The notes under the pieces: generated by a model
The model's database searches: none
Seen by the model: only the letters and a program-made list of their open reading frames with translations
Told to the model about the DNA's origin: nothing
Position numbers and translations under genes: made by a program
DNA from: Gammaproteobacteria bacterium
GTDB lineage: Bacteria; Pseudomonadota; Gammaproteobacteria; Ga0077536
NCBI GenBank assembly: GCA_963662545.2
Contig: CAXXLL010000003.1
Coordinates: forward strand, 2,272,001 to 2,336,000
Direction: 5' to 3'
DNA length: 64,000 nt
Shown: positions 1 to 9,968 of the stretch, in pieces
How positions within the stretch are numbered: position 1 is the stretch's first letter
Layout of the letters: each line of letters begins with the position of its first letter

Positions 1-903
1 AAGGTCTTCACGCCGGGCGCGATCCGCAGCCTGCGTCCGGCGGTGGAAGATGCTGTCGCCCACCTGCTCGACCCGCTCCTAGCCAAGCCGGAGTTCGACT
101 TCATCAAGGAGTTTGCCTACCCGCTGCCAGCGAACGTGATCCTGATGATGCTGGGTTTGCCCGCGGAGGATATGGAAAGTCTGCACGAATGGTCCGCGCA
201 GATGCAGCCGTTCATTGGCGGCGCCACGACATCCCCGGACAAGTATGCTAAGGCGCAGGAGGGGGCTATCGCGATGGCGGAGTATTTCCGCGCGGCGATC
301 CGTGAACGGGTATCACGCCCGCGGAACGATATGTTGTCGAAGCTCGTCGCGTGCCGCGAGAAGGACGACGCGCTGAGCGAGGATGAAGTGATCGGCACCG
401 CCATGCTCTTTCTTTTCGGCGGCCATGAAACGACGACCAATCTGATCGGCAACGGCGTCCGCGCCCTACTCCAGCATCCTGATCAGTTGGCGCGCTTGCG
501 AGCAGAGCCAAGCTTAATCCGCAAGGCGGTCGAGGAGATCTTGCGCTACGACGGTCCGACGCTGGCCACGGTGCGCGTCGTCAAGCACCCTCACGAGCGC
601 CACGGCCAAAAGCTCGCGCAAGGCGATCGCGTGTTCGTCATGATCCATGGCGCCAATCACGACGAACGCCGTTTCGAAGATCCCGATGAGTTCAATATCG
701 AACGCGATCCAAACCCGCACCTGACGTTCAACTACGGTATCCATTTCTGTCTCGGTGCGCCGCTTGCGCGGCTCGAAGGCGACGTCGCGATCGGCGCCGT
801 GATCGAACGCATGCCGTCCTTGAAGCTGGCCCGGGACAGCTACGACTACATGGACACCATGGTCATGCGCGGCGTGCGGGAGATGCCCGTGAAGCAGGGC
901 TAG
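1..903 (+). CDS. Cytochrome P450 (5' end outside window)
   Basis: Frame open from base 1; I-helix GGHETT, ExxR (EILR), heme motif FNYGIHFCLG. Confidence 0.95.
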   Translation, partial: KVFTPGAIRSLRPAVEDAVAHLLDPLLAKPEFDFIKEFAYPLPANVILMMLGLPAEDMESLHEWSAQMQPFIGGATTSPDKYAKAQEGAIAMAEYFRAAIRERVSRPRNDMLSKLVACREKDDALSEDEVIGTAMLFLFGGHETTTNLIGNGVRALLQHPDQLARLRAEPSLIRKAVEEILRYDGPTLATVRVVKHPHERHGQKLAQGDRVFVMIHGANHDERRFEDPDEFNIERDPNPHLTFNYGIHFCLGAPLARLEGDVAIGAVIERMPSLKLARDSYDYMDTMVMRGVREMPVKQG

Positions 904-949
904 GCAAGCCGTGGCTCCAGCAGAAACAGCGTTCGTATTTCGCAGCTGT

Positions 950-2173
950 TTAGAGAGAAGGGTTATCCAATGGCAATCCCAGCAAGACCCGACCGTATGA
1001 AACGCCATTCACATCCCAATTGTGGGTAAAGTGGCGGCTCGCCGCGCACATATCGCGATAGCTGCGTTCAATGGGATTATTTTCATAGACCCCCCGTCCC
1101 ATTACTGCATCCCAGATAACATTGGCAGCGCGCCACGCTTGTCGGCCAATAAAAGCTCCGTGAGCGCGGTACTTAGTACGCTCCTCGTCGCTTGGCAGCG
1201 TGCCCGCTTGCGCATGCGCCACGATTTCATCGCAGATACCGCGCGCAATCGCGTGCGCGGAGTCCACGCATACCGCGGCTTCGGCGACCTTGAGATGTTG
1301 CGGCACTTCCAGGCGTGAAACTTTCCCGGACATTAACGCCTTATGTCCGGCGATATAGTCCCGGTAATATTCCAGCATGCCGGATGCGATTCCGAGCGTC
1401 GCGCTCGTGATCAAGATGCCGAACTGCATGTAGCTAGGCATTTGATACATGGGCGCGGTGTTCACCCGATTACCGGGCGAAGGTCCGCCTTTGAGGTGTT
1501 CGATCGGAACCGTTCGGTGATCCGGTATGAAAGCGTCATCTACAACGATGTCGTGGCTGCCCGATCCCCTTAAGCCTATGGAGTGCCAGGTATCGATGAT
1601 CTCGAAAGTGCCGTTCTGCATGAGGAAATAGCGTTCCTCGTCGTCGCCATGCGGGTTCTCGACCATGCCCGAGAGAATGCACCAATCGCAGGTGTTGACA
1701 CCGCTGACGAAAGGCCAGCGACCGGTCAGGCGATAACCACCATCGACTTTTCGTGCCTTTCCCTTGAGCGGGATCAGGATGCCCGAGATGAGGCTTTCAG
1801 GTTTCACACCCCAAATCTCGTCCTGCGCCTCGACCGGCCATTGCGACACCATGTAGTTATGCCCGATGTATTGCGCGAGGCACCATCCGGTCGAGCCGCA
1901 ACCGCGGCCGACCCGCGTCAGGATTTCGACCATTCCGAAAAAATGGCCTTCGCAACCACCATAGCGCGACGGCTGAAGAATACGGGCAACGCCCGTTGTT
2001 TCTAGATCCTTTTTCGTCGCCAATGGCAACTGGCGGAGTTCTTCGGTCTCCTCGGCACGTTCGCGGAGAATCGGGATCAGCGACTCTGCACGTGCCACGA
2101 GTTCTTCATAGGTGCCAACCGGTTTCGGGGGTCGCCCGTCCGCGAGCTGCACCTGCGTAGATGAGGTTGACAT
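950..2173 (-). CDS. Acyl-CoA dehydrogenase-fold flavin-dependent monooxygenase, oxygenase subunit (HsaA-like)
   Basis: LRERAEETEELRQLP, GRWPFVSG, DTWHSIGLRGSGSHD and IERSYRD motifs. Confidence 0.85.
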   Translation of the reverse strand: MSTSSTQVQLADGRPPKPVGTYEELVARAESLIPILRERAEETEELRQLPLATKKDLETTGVARILQPSRYGGCEGHFFGMVEILTRVGRGCGSTGWCLAQYIGHNYMVSQWPVEAQDEIWGVKPESLISGILIPLKGKARKVDGGYRLTGRWPFVSGVNTCDWCILSGMVENPHGDDEERYFLMQNGTFEIIDTWHSIGLRGSGSHDIVVDDAFIPDHRTVPIEHLKGGPSPGNRVNTAPMYQMPSYMQFGILITSATLGIASGMLEYYRDYIAGHKALMSGKVSRLEVPQHLKVAEAAVCVDSAHAIARGICDEIVAHAQAGTLPSDEERTKYRAHGAFIGRQAWRAANVIWDAVMGRGVYENNPIERSYRDMCAASRHFTHNWDVNGVSYGRVLLGLPLDNPSL

Positions 2174-2290
2174 ATCTGGAATGCGATCCTGCAGTACGAA
2201 CGATGGGCTCAAGCATATCCGAGGCTACTCCCCTGGATCCATCGCCCGAGATCCCTCTGCCCCTTTTCCTCCTTTTGTATCGCGGTGCCG

Positions 2291-3040
2291 CTACTCAAAC
2301 AAAACGGCTGCCAATTCCGGGATCGCGCGAATGGCGTATTCAGGGTCCGGGACGCCGGCCGGCAAGCCGGCACCACGCGCGTTGACCCAGGCGATATCCA
2401 TCCCGATACCGTTCGCGCCGACGATATCATCCTCGATTGAATCGCCGACAAAGAGTGCTTCTTGAGGCGCAACACCGAGCAGTTCCAGGGTGTCGGTAAA
2501 TATCTTAGCGTGCGGTTTGCGCCAACCGTGATCATCGGACACCACGACATGGTGGAAAAACGGTCTGGCGCCGTCGCGCTCGATGATATGGCGGGCGGTC
2601 GGACCATGATCGAAATTTGAAACCAGGGCAATAGGATAGACTTCGTAAACGCGTCCCAGGAATTCAGTATGCTCTGCAGGGACCTCTACCGCACCGATAA
2701 GTTTTTCCAAATGTCTAACCGATAATTCCTTGGCCAATTCGTTGGTAGCATCGCAATCCATTAATCCCGCTTTGGTGAGTGCCAGCTTGAATCGCTGCAC
2801 GGAAGGGATCTCACGCATATCACGCGCGCGGCGTTCGGCGAGCTCCTCATTGGCGGCAGTAAAGGCGTTGAAAAAATCTCCGAACAGAAGATCGGGTGCG
2901 TGCTCTTCAAGCGCCGCTTGAAGGACGCCCATGGTAGAAGGAGACGTTTTACCCTGCCACGTAAATCTGGGCATGCGCTCGGGCCGCCACAGCGCGACGG
3001 TCCCGAAGAGGTCGAACAAAATCGCTTTGTACTGCTTCAC
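2291..3040 (-). CDS. HAD-superfamily hydrolase
   Basis: FDLFGT motif I, VSN motif II, RKP and VGDSIEDDI motifs. Confidence 0.9.
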   Translation of the reverse strand: MKQYKAILFDLFGTVALWRPERMPRFTWQGKTSPSTMGVLQAALEEHAPDLLFGDFFNAFTAANEELAERRARDMREIPSVQRFKLALTKAGLMDCDATNELAKELSVRHLEKLIGAVEVPAEHTEFLGRVYEVYPIALVSNFDHGPTARHIIERDGARPFFHHVVVSDDHGWRKPHAKIFTDTLELLGVAPQEALFVGDSIEDDIVGANGIGMDIAWVNARGAGLPAGVPDPEYAIRAIPELAAVLFE

Positions 3041-3186
3041 ACCGACTATCCTCGAAGTATCTTTCGCTCACAGCATCGTGATGCGGGCACGGATAATAGC
3101 TCAGCTAATCGGAACGGCGGATATAATTCACCCTACAATAAAGCTGAATAGTCGCTAGGCTCTACTCACCAAAGGAACTGAGAAAG

Positions 3187-4014
3187 ATGTCGGCCGAATC
3201 GGAGCGATCGCACCAGAGCAATACCTTGCGCGACCTGGAGAAGCTCCCACTCGACGAAGTCCGATCGAGGATCCGTGCAAACGCTTATACCGGCCACACC
3301 GCGGGTCTCGCAGCAGGCTACCAGCAATCTAATGTCGTGATCCTGACTGTATCCGACGCGCTCGACTTCTTTCGTTATTGCCAGCGGAATCCAAAGCCTT
3401 GTCCATTGATCTACGTTTCCGATACCGGCGATCCTTCGATGCGTGAACTCGGCCGCGATATCGACATCCGCACCGATGTCCCGCTCTACAACGTCTATCG
3501 CGGCGGGCACTTGATTGAACAACGCCCCGAGATAGGCAAATTGTGGCGCAGGGATTTCGTTACATTCGCGCTGGGCTGTTCCTTTACCTTTGAGCACGCA
3601 CTCGTCTCAGCCGGCATCCCGATGCGCCATATCGAAAATGATCGGACAGTGTCCGTGTTCCGCACTTCGATCGAAACGACGCCCGCCGGGCGATTCAGCG
3701 GCAACCTGGTCGTTTCTATGCGTCCCGTGAAAAAATCCGATCTCGAAACAGTAAGGCGCACCTGCACTCACTTTCCGCATGCGCACGGCCCGCCGATACA
3801 TCAAGGCGATCCCGCGGAGATTGGGGTGATGGATATCACTCGCCCGGACTGGGGCGACGCCGTCGAGATTCGGGCGGACGAAGTCCCGGTGTTCTGGGCC
3901 TGCGGCGTGACGCCCCAGAACGCATTGTTGAATGCAAAGCCCGAACTGTGTATCACGCATACGCCGGGACGTATGTTGCTCACCGAGCTGGATGCCGAGC
4001 CCGACCAAAATTGA
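3187..4014 (+). CDS. Putative hydro-lyase (DUF1445 / D-glutamate cyclase family)
   Basis: FCQRNPKPCP-like, DIRTDVP, GCSFTFE, VFWACGVTPQ and THTPG motifs. Confidence 0.9.
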   Translation: MSAESERSHQSNTLRDLEKLPLDEVRSRIRANAYTGHTAGLAAGYQQSNVVILTVSDALDFFRYCQRNPKPCPLIYVSDTGDPSMRELGRDIDIRTDVPLYNVYRGGHLIEQRPEIGKLWRRDFVTFALGCSFTFEHALVSAGIPMRHIENDRTVSVFRTSIETTPAGRFSGNLVVSMRPVKKSDLETVRRTCTHFPHAHGPPIHQGDPAEIGVMDITRPDWGDAVEIRADEVPVFWACGVTPQNALLNAKPELCITHTPGRMLLTELDAEPDQN

Positions 4015-4202
4015 AAACCGTATACGTCTAATCTGGAATAACGACAGACGATCTCGGATCATTGCGGGCCGAGCAACGCTTCGCCACCGCGCTATTGGGT
4101 ATGAGCCGCTATTGGGCCGCGGTATCCGCCGGGCCGCTTGCGCGGCTGGACCCGGTCTCCGGGTAAATGCCGTCGACCCGCGCGCGATCGGCTTGCGGAA
4201 CT

Positions 4203-4310
4203 TCAGGCGCGAACGCTGACGACGAGTTTCCCCTTCGCCTGGTTCGATTCCATGTACTCGCACGCGGCAACCACCTCCTCAAAGGCGAATACCCGGTCGA
4301 TACTGTTGCT
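4203..4310 (-). pseudogene. C-terminal remnant of an MDR-family (zinc-type) oxidoreductase
   Basis: IDRVFAFEEVVAACEYMESNQAKGKLVV resembles the MDR C-terminus; no upstream body. Confidence 0.55.
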
Positions 4311-4552
4311 GATGGGCATGGCCATCTTGGTATTTGTACTGCAGCCGTCGGCAAACATTGTCCCGACGTTTGATAATCGCTTTTCCAATGCGCCGGTCGC
4401 GTTATTTTTCGACCGGATTGAATAGATATGTCCGGGGCGCGGCTGCGCTCGTAACCCTTATAGTGGGCATCATGCTCATGATGAAAACCGGCGGGGGCGT
4501 CGGTTTTTACCCCGCTGCCAGCTTTCATTTCCCGCCACCCGTTCCGTAAGTG

Positions 4553-5710
4553 TCATACGAACGTAATGGGATCGAGCTTCGCTCCCGGAAACACGTCGTT
4601 TTCAACCAAACCCTGGTCGAAGCCCAGGTGATCGACAAGCGCACCCGCGAATACATCGCGGATATCACGGGTGGGCTTGAGGTCACGTCCGTCCAACAGT
4701 GCATTCGGGCTCAGGCCCGGCCAGTCCGCGATGAGGCGACCGCCGGAGACGGCGCCTCCGACGGCAAAGGCGAGCGTGCCGGTGCCGTGATCCGTGCCGT
4801 TCGTCCCGTTGATGCTGACAGTTCGACCGAATTCCGTGAATACGATCATGACGGTGTCGTCCCAGACGCGGCCAGTCCCTGCCGATATCGTCGCCAGAGC
4901 ATCGTCGAGTTGCCCGAGCCTGTTGGCCAGGGGACCCTGGGCGCCGCCCTGGTTGGCGTGTGTGTCCCAGCCGCCCCAGTCAAGCGCGATCACCATCGGC
5001 CCGTCGGCTCGAGTCAGAAATTCGATCAAGGGATCGAGCACCGCCTGCAGTTGTCCACGTCGTCCCCGCTGCCTGCCGCGCAGTGACATGCTCGAAGGGC
5101 CGTCGAGTGCGACCTCCAGGCGTTCGGCGAAGAACGGATCATTCGAATAAAGATCGCGGATGCGGCGCAGGGTATCGTCGTCGATCTGCGGGAGCGCCGA
5201 CGGTGCCCAGGTTTGAATCGGGGCTTGACCCCGAACGATGAGCGGTACGTTTGAGCCGATCGACAAAACGGGAAGATCGGGAAACACGCCGGCGGCACGA
5301 TTGAGCCAGCCCGTGACTTCGCCGGGATCGGAGGTGCCGTTTTCCAGGATTTTCTGTGCATCGAAGTGTGAACGTGAACGGTAAGGCGTCGCGACCGCAT
5401 GGAACAAAACCGCTTCGCCGCGCCGGTAGAGATCGTACAGCGTTTGCAGTCGCGGGTGCAGGCCAAACAATCCGTCGAGTTTGAGAAGACCATTCTCCGA
5501 GCCCGGCGGCGGCACGGTCAGTTGCCCTCTGAAAGAGTTGAAATCAGGATCCCCGTAGGGTGCCACGACAGCCAGACCGTCGAGGCCGCCGCGAAGATTC
5601 AACAGCACCAGACGAGGCCGGCGCTTGGCATCGGCCCCAAGTGCAACTGGCGATAACGCGTTCAGCGCCACGCTGGCGGCCAGGTATTCGAGCAATTCAC
5701 GACGATTCAT
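4553..5710 (-). CDS. DUF1501 family protein, Tat-like N-terminus
   Basis: MNRRELL start; LRGGLDGL, RSRSHFDAQ, GGWDTHANQ, TEFGRT and GTDHG motifs; adjacent to DUF1800. Confidence 0.9.
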   Translation of the reverse strand: MNRRELLEYLAASVALNALSPVALGADAKRRPRLVLLNLRGGLDGLAVVAPYGDPDFNSFRGQLTVPPPGSENGLLKLDGLFGLHPRLQTLYDLYRRGEAVLFHAVATPYRSRSHFDAQKILENGTSDPGEVTGWLNRAAGVFPDLPVLSIGSNVPLIVRGQAPIQTWAPSALPQIDDDTLRRIRDLYSNDPFFAERLEVALDGPSSMSLRGRQRGRRGQLQAVLDPLIEFLTRADGPMVIALDWGGWDTHANQGGAQGPLANRLGQLDDALATISAGTGRVWDDTVMIVFTEFGRTVSINGTNGTDHGTGTLAFAVGGAVSGGRLIADWPGLSPNALLDGRDLKPTRDIRDVFAGALVDHLGFDQGLVENDVFPGAKLDPITFV

Positions 5711-5715
5711 AAATG

Positions 5716-7125
5716 CTACCTCCATTGAAATTCCGGGCTTGCGAGCAGCAAGCTCAGGCCCTGCTCCGCTGATTCCGCGCGGGAGACGGCGAGCCGCGTG
5801 TGCTCGTCGATGGTGTCGCCGAACGCTTGACGGATCAGTCGCATCGGGTCGTATCGATTGCCGATTCGCTGTCCTACGGCGGCCGCCCATTCGATGCGTT
5901 TCATCAAGGCGTCGGCGCCGTTCCAGAATGCCGCCTGTTCCGGCCATCCGGCTGGCGACCCCGGTGTCCACGGCCGTTGCCCGAGATGCTCGAACGATCC
6001 GATGAGGATCCTAGGCTCACGGGGAACGAAGTCGAGCAGCCGGAAAGCCGAGATCAGAAAGTCGTTGGGCGTTTTGAACTTCGCTCTGGTTTCGGACCAG
6101 ACGAGGGGATGATCCACCATCGATAGGTAGACCGAGGGAAGATGGCCGTCCGTTTCCATGAAGACGCCGGCCATGCGTTCAATGACGTCCACCGGCGGAT
6201 CCTCTGAGACGAAATGCCGCGCCAGTTTGGCGCTGACGTATTTCGCCGTACTCGGATGACGGGCGAGATCTTCCAGTATCTCCACCGCTTGCGTTTCACC
6301 GGCCTCGGCATAGCGATTTCCGAGGACGGTTCTCGAACCGGGTTCGTGCATCGGTTCACGGAACACAAACGTCCCGACCGGTTCAAGTTGACCGCGCGGG
6401 TTGATCCCCCCGATCGACCAGCCGGTGAGCGCTTTCGCCAACGCCTTGACGTCTTGCTGGATATAGCCACCGTCAACGCCGAGCGTATGCAGCTCCAGGA
6501 TCTCACGTCCCAGGTTTTCGTTCAGCCCCGGCGTACCCTGCGCGCGCTTCCTGCCTTGTATGAATCTCGCAGCCCGTGAGTTGACGCCCATGGAGCGTTG
6601 ATTGTCGAGGTAGAGCACCATGGCGGGATGCCGTTCTACGGCGAGCAGCATGTCGATGAAGCGCGCGTTGACATGGGGTCGAACCGCTTCGAATTCGAGC
6701 GCGCCGGCAAGGGCGAGGGTCTGAGGTTTATCGGAGGACACGGCGAAGTGGTTGGCCCAGAAGTGGGTCAAGCGCTCGAAGAATGAATTGGGTGAGGTCG
6801 CCGCCAGGTGAGTGCGGGCTTCGACCTGCGCCATGTACGCTGGCACAGCATGCTGCTTGAGTCCCGCTTTGATCTTCTCCGCAAGATCGCCTGCCGGTTG
6901 CGCGTGACGGTCACGCCTGGCCATTCGTTGCTCGTGGAAATCGCCGATGAGCACTGCGGAGCCGGGCAAACTGCCGATCGCCTCCGGTACCGCAGACGCG
7001 TTATCGAGCTGCGCCATGAGCCATGCTTTTGGGTCGGCCTCCGCCGCCCGGATCTCGCCCGGTTTGGCGCCGAATCCGAAGCGATTCGCCGCAATCACCG
7101 CGCTTTGATAATCGTCTAAACTCAC
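5716..7125 (-). CDS. DUF1800 family protein
   Basis: AANRFGFGA, FWANHFAVS, NENLGREILELHTLG and SPEFQWR motifs; GTG start inferred. Confidence 0.9.
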   Translation of the reverse strand: MSLDDYQSAVIAANRFGFGAKPGEIRAAEADPKAWLMAQLDNASAVPEAIGSLPGSAVLIGDFHEQRMARRDRHAQPAGDLAEKIKAGLKQHAVPAYMAQVEARTHLAATSPNSFFERLTHFWANHFAVSSDKPQTLALAGALEFEAVRPHVNARFIDMLLAVERHPAMVLYLDNQRSMGVNSRAARFIQGRKRAQGTPGLNENLGREILELHTLGVDGGYIQQDVKALAKALTGWSIGGINPRGQLEPVGTFVFREPMHEPGSRTVLGNRYAEAGETQAVEILEDLARHPSTAKYVSAKLARHFVSEDPPVDVIERMAGVFMETDGHLPSVYLSMVDHPLVWSETRAKFKTPNDFLISAFRLLDFVPREPRILIGSFEHLGQRPWTPGSPAGWPEQAAFWNGADALMKRIEWAAAVGQRIGNRYDPMRLIRQAFGDTIDEHTRLAVSRAESAEQGLSLLLASPEFQWR

Positions 7126-7341
7126 GCCCGTGAACCTCCGACGGATTGAAGCCCTTAGGCTATCAACGCGCGAAGGGGCGTTCGGTTGACGGGCGGCTGA
7201 AAATCCCGCCGGCCCTTGCAACACCCGATGCAGCGGTGCTCAGAGCTACCTTGCCTCCTCCTTATGGCTGGCTTTCTTTCTCAATACCGGATGACTCGGA
7301 ACGCATGCAGTTTCAAGAAAACTTCGCGCTCAGGATCAGCG

Positions 7342-7608
7342 TTATTCCGATGAACGCAACAGCGCGGTAATGTCCGCCAAGCTCTCTATTGCCAACATGG
7401 TGTCGGTGTCCAGCGGCCGCCCCAGGTACTGTTCAAGCGCCAGGATCAAATTCATGTGCGCCAGACTGTCCCATCGCTCGGTACGCCCGATAGCGGCGTC
7501 GCTTTCCAGTTCGTCGACGTTCAAGTGGAGGGCGTTTGCCAGGAGCTGACGGGCCGTAACGGCGTTCTCCGCATCTGGATTCATTGCACTTCCAGCAGGA
7601 AAACTCAT
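7342..7608 (-). CDS. Acyl carrier protein
   Basis: WDSLAHMNLILALE phosphopantetheine-site motif; ATG overlaps the GNAT stop codon. Confidence 0.85.
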   Translation of the reverse strand: MSFPAGSAMNPDAENAVTARQLLANALHLNVDELESDAAIGRTERWDSLAHMNLILALEQYLGRPLDTDTMLAIESLADITALLRSSE

Positions 7609-8171
7609 TGATCCTGCGCCGCTATCCACTCCTCGCGCAGTAAACCGAAATTCAACAGGTCGCGTCGGTTACCGTCGGGCCCCACTGCGTGCTGGCGCAA
7701 CACACCTTCGCAGGTGAAACCCTGCGCCTTGTAGTTGAAGACCGAAGCAAAGTTGCGACCGTCGACCTGGCCGTGAACCTTGAATACCCTGAGATCCTCG
7801 AACAGAAACCGTAGGACCCGGGCGCGCACCTCCAATACCACGCGCCGCCCCCAGTAGGCCTTGTTGCCGATCACCGTGTTGGTTTTAGCGCAGCCCGCGG
7901 ACTCGAGAAAGATGGCGATAAAGCCGATCGGTAACGCTTCTTCTCCGGGGAATATGCCGAGGTGGAACCTCTGCCGGTTGTCGAAGTTACCGATATGGCG
8001 TAGCGCCTCACGCCTGCCCCAATGGCGCGGCTTCTGTCCTAGGCCGTCCTGAACTTCCGCATCGTTCCACCAACTGACATAAGTATCGGTGGCATCCGCC
8101 GCCGTCAGAGACCGTAATCGATAATTCTCGGTTTCCAATTGCAGAATCTGACCCGGCTTCCATTGGCTCAC
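7605..8171 (-). CDS. GNAT N-acyltransferase (RimJ/RimL-like)
   Basis: IGNKAYWGR, N..S...YKAQGFTCEGVLRQH and GLLREEW motifs. Confidence 0.85.
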   Translation of the reverse strand: MSQWKPGQILQLETENYRLRSLTAADATDTYVSWWNDAEVQDGLGQKPRHWGRREALRHIGNFDNRQRFHLGIFPGEEALPIGFIAIFLESAGCAKTNTVIGNKAYWGRRVVLEVRARVLRFLFEDLRVFKVHGQVDGRNFASVFNYKAQGFTCEGVLRQHAVGPDGNRRDLLNFGLLREEWIAAQDQ

Positions 8172-9637
8172 TTCTTTTCGCCCCGCAGGCACATTTCGCG
8201 CACGGTATCACGGTTGATCTTACCGCGATCCGTTTTCGGGAGCTCATCCACAATGAACCAGCGTTCGGGAACACATTCGCGGCGAATGTGCTCGATACAC
8301 CAGCGCCTGAGATCCTCTGCCGAAAGCTCGACTTGATCGTCCAATTTAACGGCCACCGCAACTACTTCACCCGCAATTTCATCCGGAAGCCCGAACGCAC
8401 AGGCTTCCAGCACGCCGTCGTGACGTTCCAACAACAGATCGATCTCTTCCGGCGATACTTTCATGCCGCCGCGATTGATCTCATGCTTTAGACGGCCGGT
8501 CAGACGAATAAAACCCTCATGATCGATCCTGCCGATATCACCCGTGCTGAACCAGCCGTCGCGCATGACCGCCGCAGTCAAGTCCGGCCGCCGGAAATAG
8601 CCGTTCATCAATGCCGGCGGCCGCAGCAGCAATTCACCCTCTCCACTCGACATAATCTTCCCATCGGGCGTGCGGATCGCCGCATCACCACCCCACATCG
8701 CGCCGACCAGGCCATCCTCAGGCACCCGCTCGCAGGCCGAGCTGCCCGCGATCCAATTGGCGGTTTCGGTAATCCCGTACATATTGCGAACATCCCGTGT
8801 ACCTGACCATTCGATAATCGCGCGGATCAGTTCCTTTGACACCGGGGCCGAGCCGACGTTGATCTGACACAGGCTGTTACGCGTCGGTGGCGGCGACATT
8901 TTCAGTGCGATCCTCCAAAACGACGGCACCGAACTCATAAAGGTAATTTCGTTCTCGTCGACCGTCGTACCCAATGCCGCGGCAGCGCGTACCCCTCCGC
9001 CTGGAGCGAGATACAGGTCCGCCTCCGCGAACAGGGGGGTCAGGCAATTGCCGATCAGTCCGTGGCCGAAATGGGTCGGCAAAACGCAGAGGCTTCGACC
9101 TAGGGTTTCATGAGCGATGTAACGGTGGTTGTAATCGATGCGAGCGCGCAGTGATCCGAAGTCATGGACGACGCCCTTGGGGTCGCCGGTGGTTCCTGAG
9201 GTAAACAGAATCAGTGCGGGATCGCCAGCACGGCAATTCAAGATCAATGGCGATTCGCGATCATCGCCTGGCAGCGCCAGGCCCGTTATCAGCCGGACGT
9301 TGCGGGAAAGCCGTGCTTGCAGCACGCGCTCACCCAATATGAGAGCGACCGGTTCCGTGAACGCCACGACGTTTGTCAGCTCGGAGTCGGTCAACGCGGG
9401 ATTCACGCATGCGGCGCAAGCGCCCAGCGACCACACCGCGAATAAATCGGCAAAGAACTCGGGCGTGCCCCCGTGAGCGATGATGACGCGGCTGCCGGGG
9501 CCGGCACCCGCTTCCGAGAAAAGCGCCCGACGCGCCTCGACGGCACCGCAGATCCCGCGTCCCGTCCACACCTTGTTGCGAACCAGGTCGTGGATCGACG
9601 CCAGCTCGCTCAGATCGAATTCGCTGTCGTTCAACAC
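8168..9637 (-). CDS. Class I adenylate-forming enzyme (acyl-CoA/ACP ligase)
   Basis: FTSGTTGDPKG, YGITET, TGDIG, GRLK...NRGG and LPKTDRGK motifs. Confidence 0.93.
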   Translation of the reverse strand: MLNDSEFDLSELASIHDLVRNKVWTGRGICGAVEARRALFSEAGAGPGSRVIIAHGGTPEFFADLFAVWSLGACAACVNPALTDSELTNVVAFTEPVALILGERVLQARLSRNVRLITGLALPGDDRESPLILNCRAGDPALILFTSGTTGDPKGVVHDFGSLRARIDYNHRYIAHETLGRSLCVLPTHFGHGLIGNCLTPLFAEADLYLAPGGGVRAAAALGTTVDENEITFMSSVPSFWRIALKMSPPPTRNSLCQINVGSAPVSKELIRAIIEWSGTRDVRNMYGITETANWIAGSSACERVPEDGLVGAMWGGDAAIRTPDGKIMSSGEGELLLRPPALMNGYFRRPDLTAAVMRDGWFSTGDIGRIDHEGFIRLTGRLKHEINRGGMKVSPEEIDLLLERHDGVLEACAFGLPDEIAGEVVAVAVKLDDQVELSAEDLRRWCIEHIRRECVPERWFIVDELPKTDRGKINRDTVREMCLRGEKK

Positions 9638-9968
9638 TTCATTGCCTCAACGGCGACCAATGCTCGGGGCCGTTTCGATACACCGTTAAGCGGAGTTCTC
9701 ACCGCCAAGCCGAATGCCCGACTCAGCGAGTACAACCTGATGGCCGCGCAAACTCAAGCCGAATAGACCCTGGATTCCGTTCGAATCAGCAGGTTGCCCG
9801 AGATCATCGTCAAGCTACGCGTGACTATGCACTCGTTTCACGGATTGAGCCCTTTTATACTGCCCGTGCGCGCCGCTCTATACCGCCGGCACCTTCCGGA
9901 GGACGAAGCGAGGGCCGCGATGAGATCGTGCGAGTCGGCGCGCCTGCGGATTTCACTATCACGCGGAC

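Noticed and set aside
4334-4549. 71-aa ORF with a hydrophobic segment
   Set aside because: May be a membrane-protein remnant, but it has no diagnostic motif or clear start
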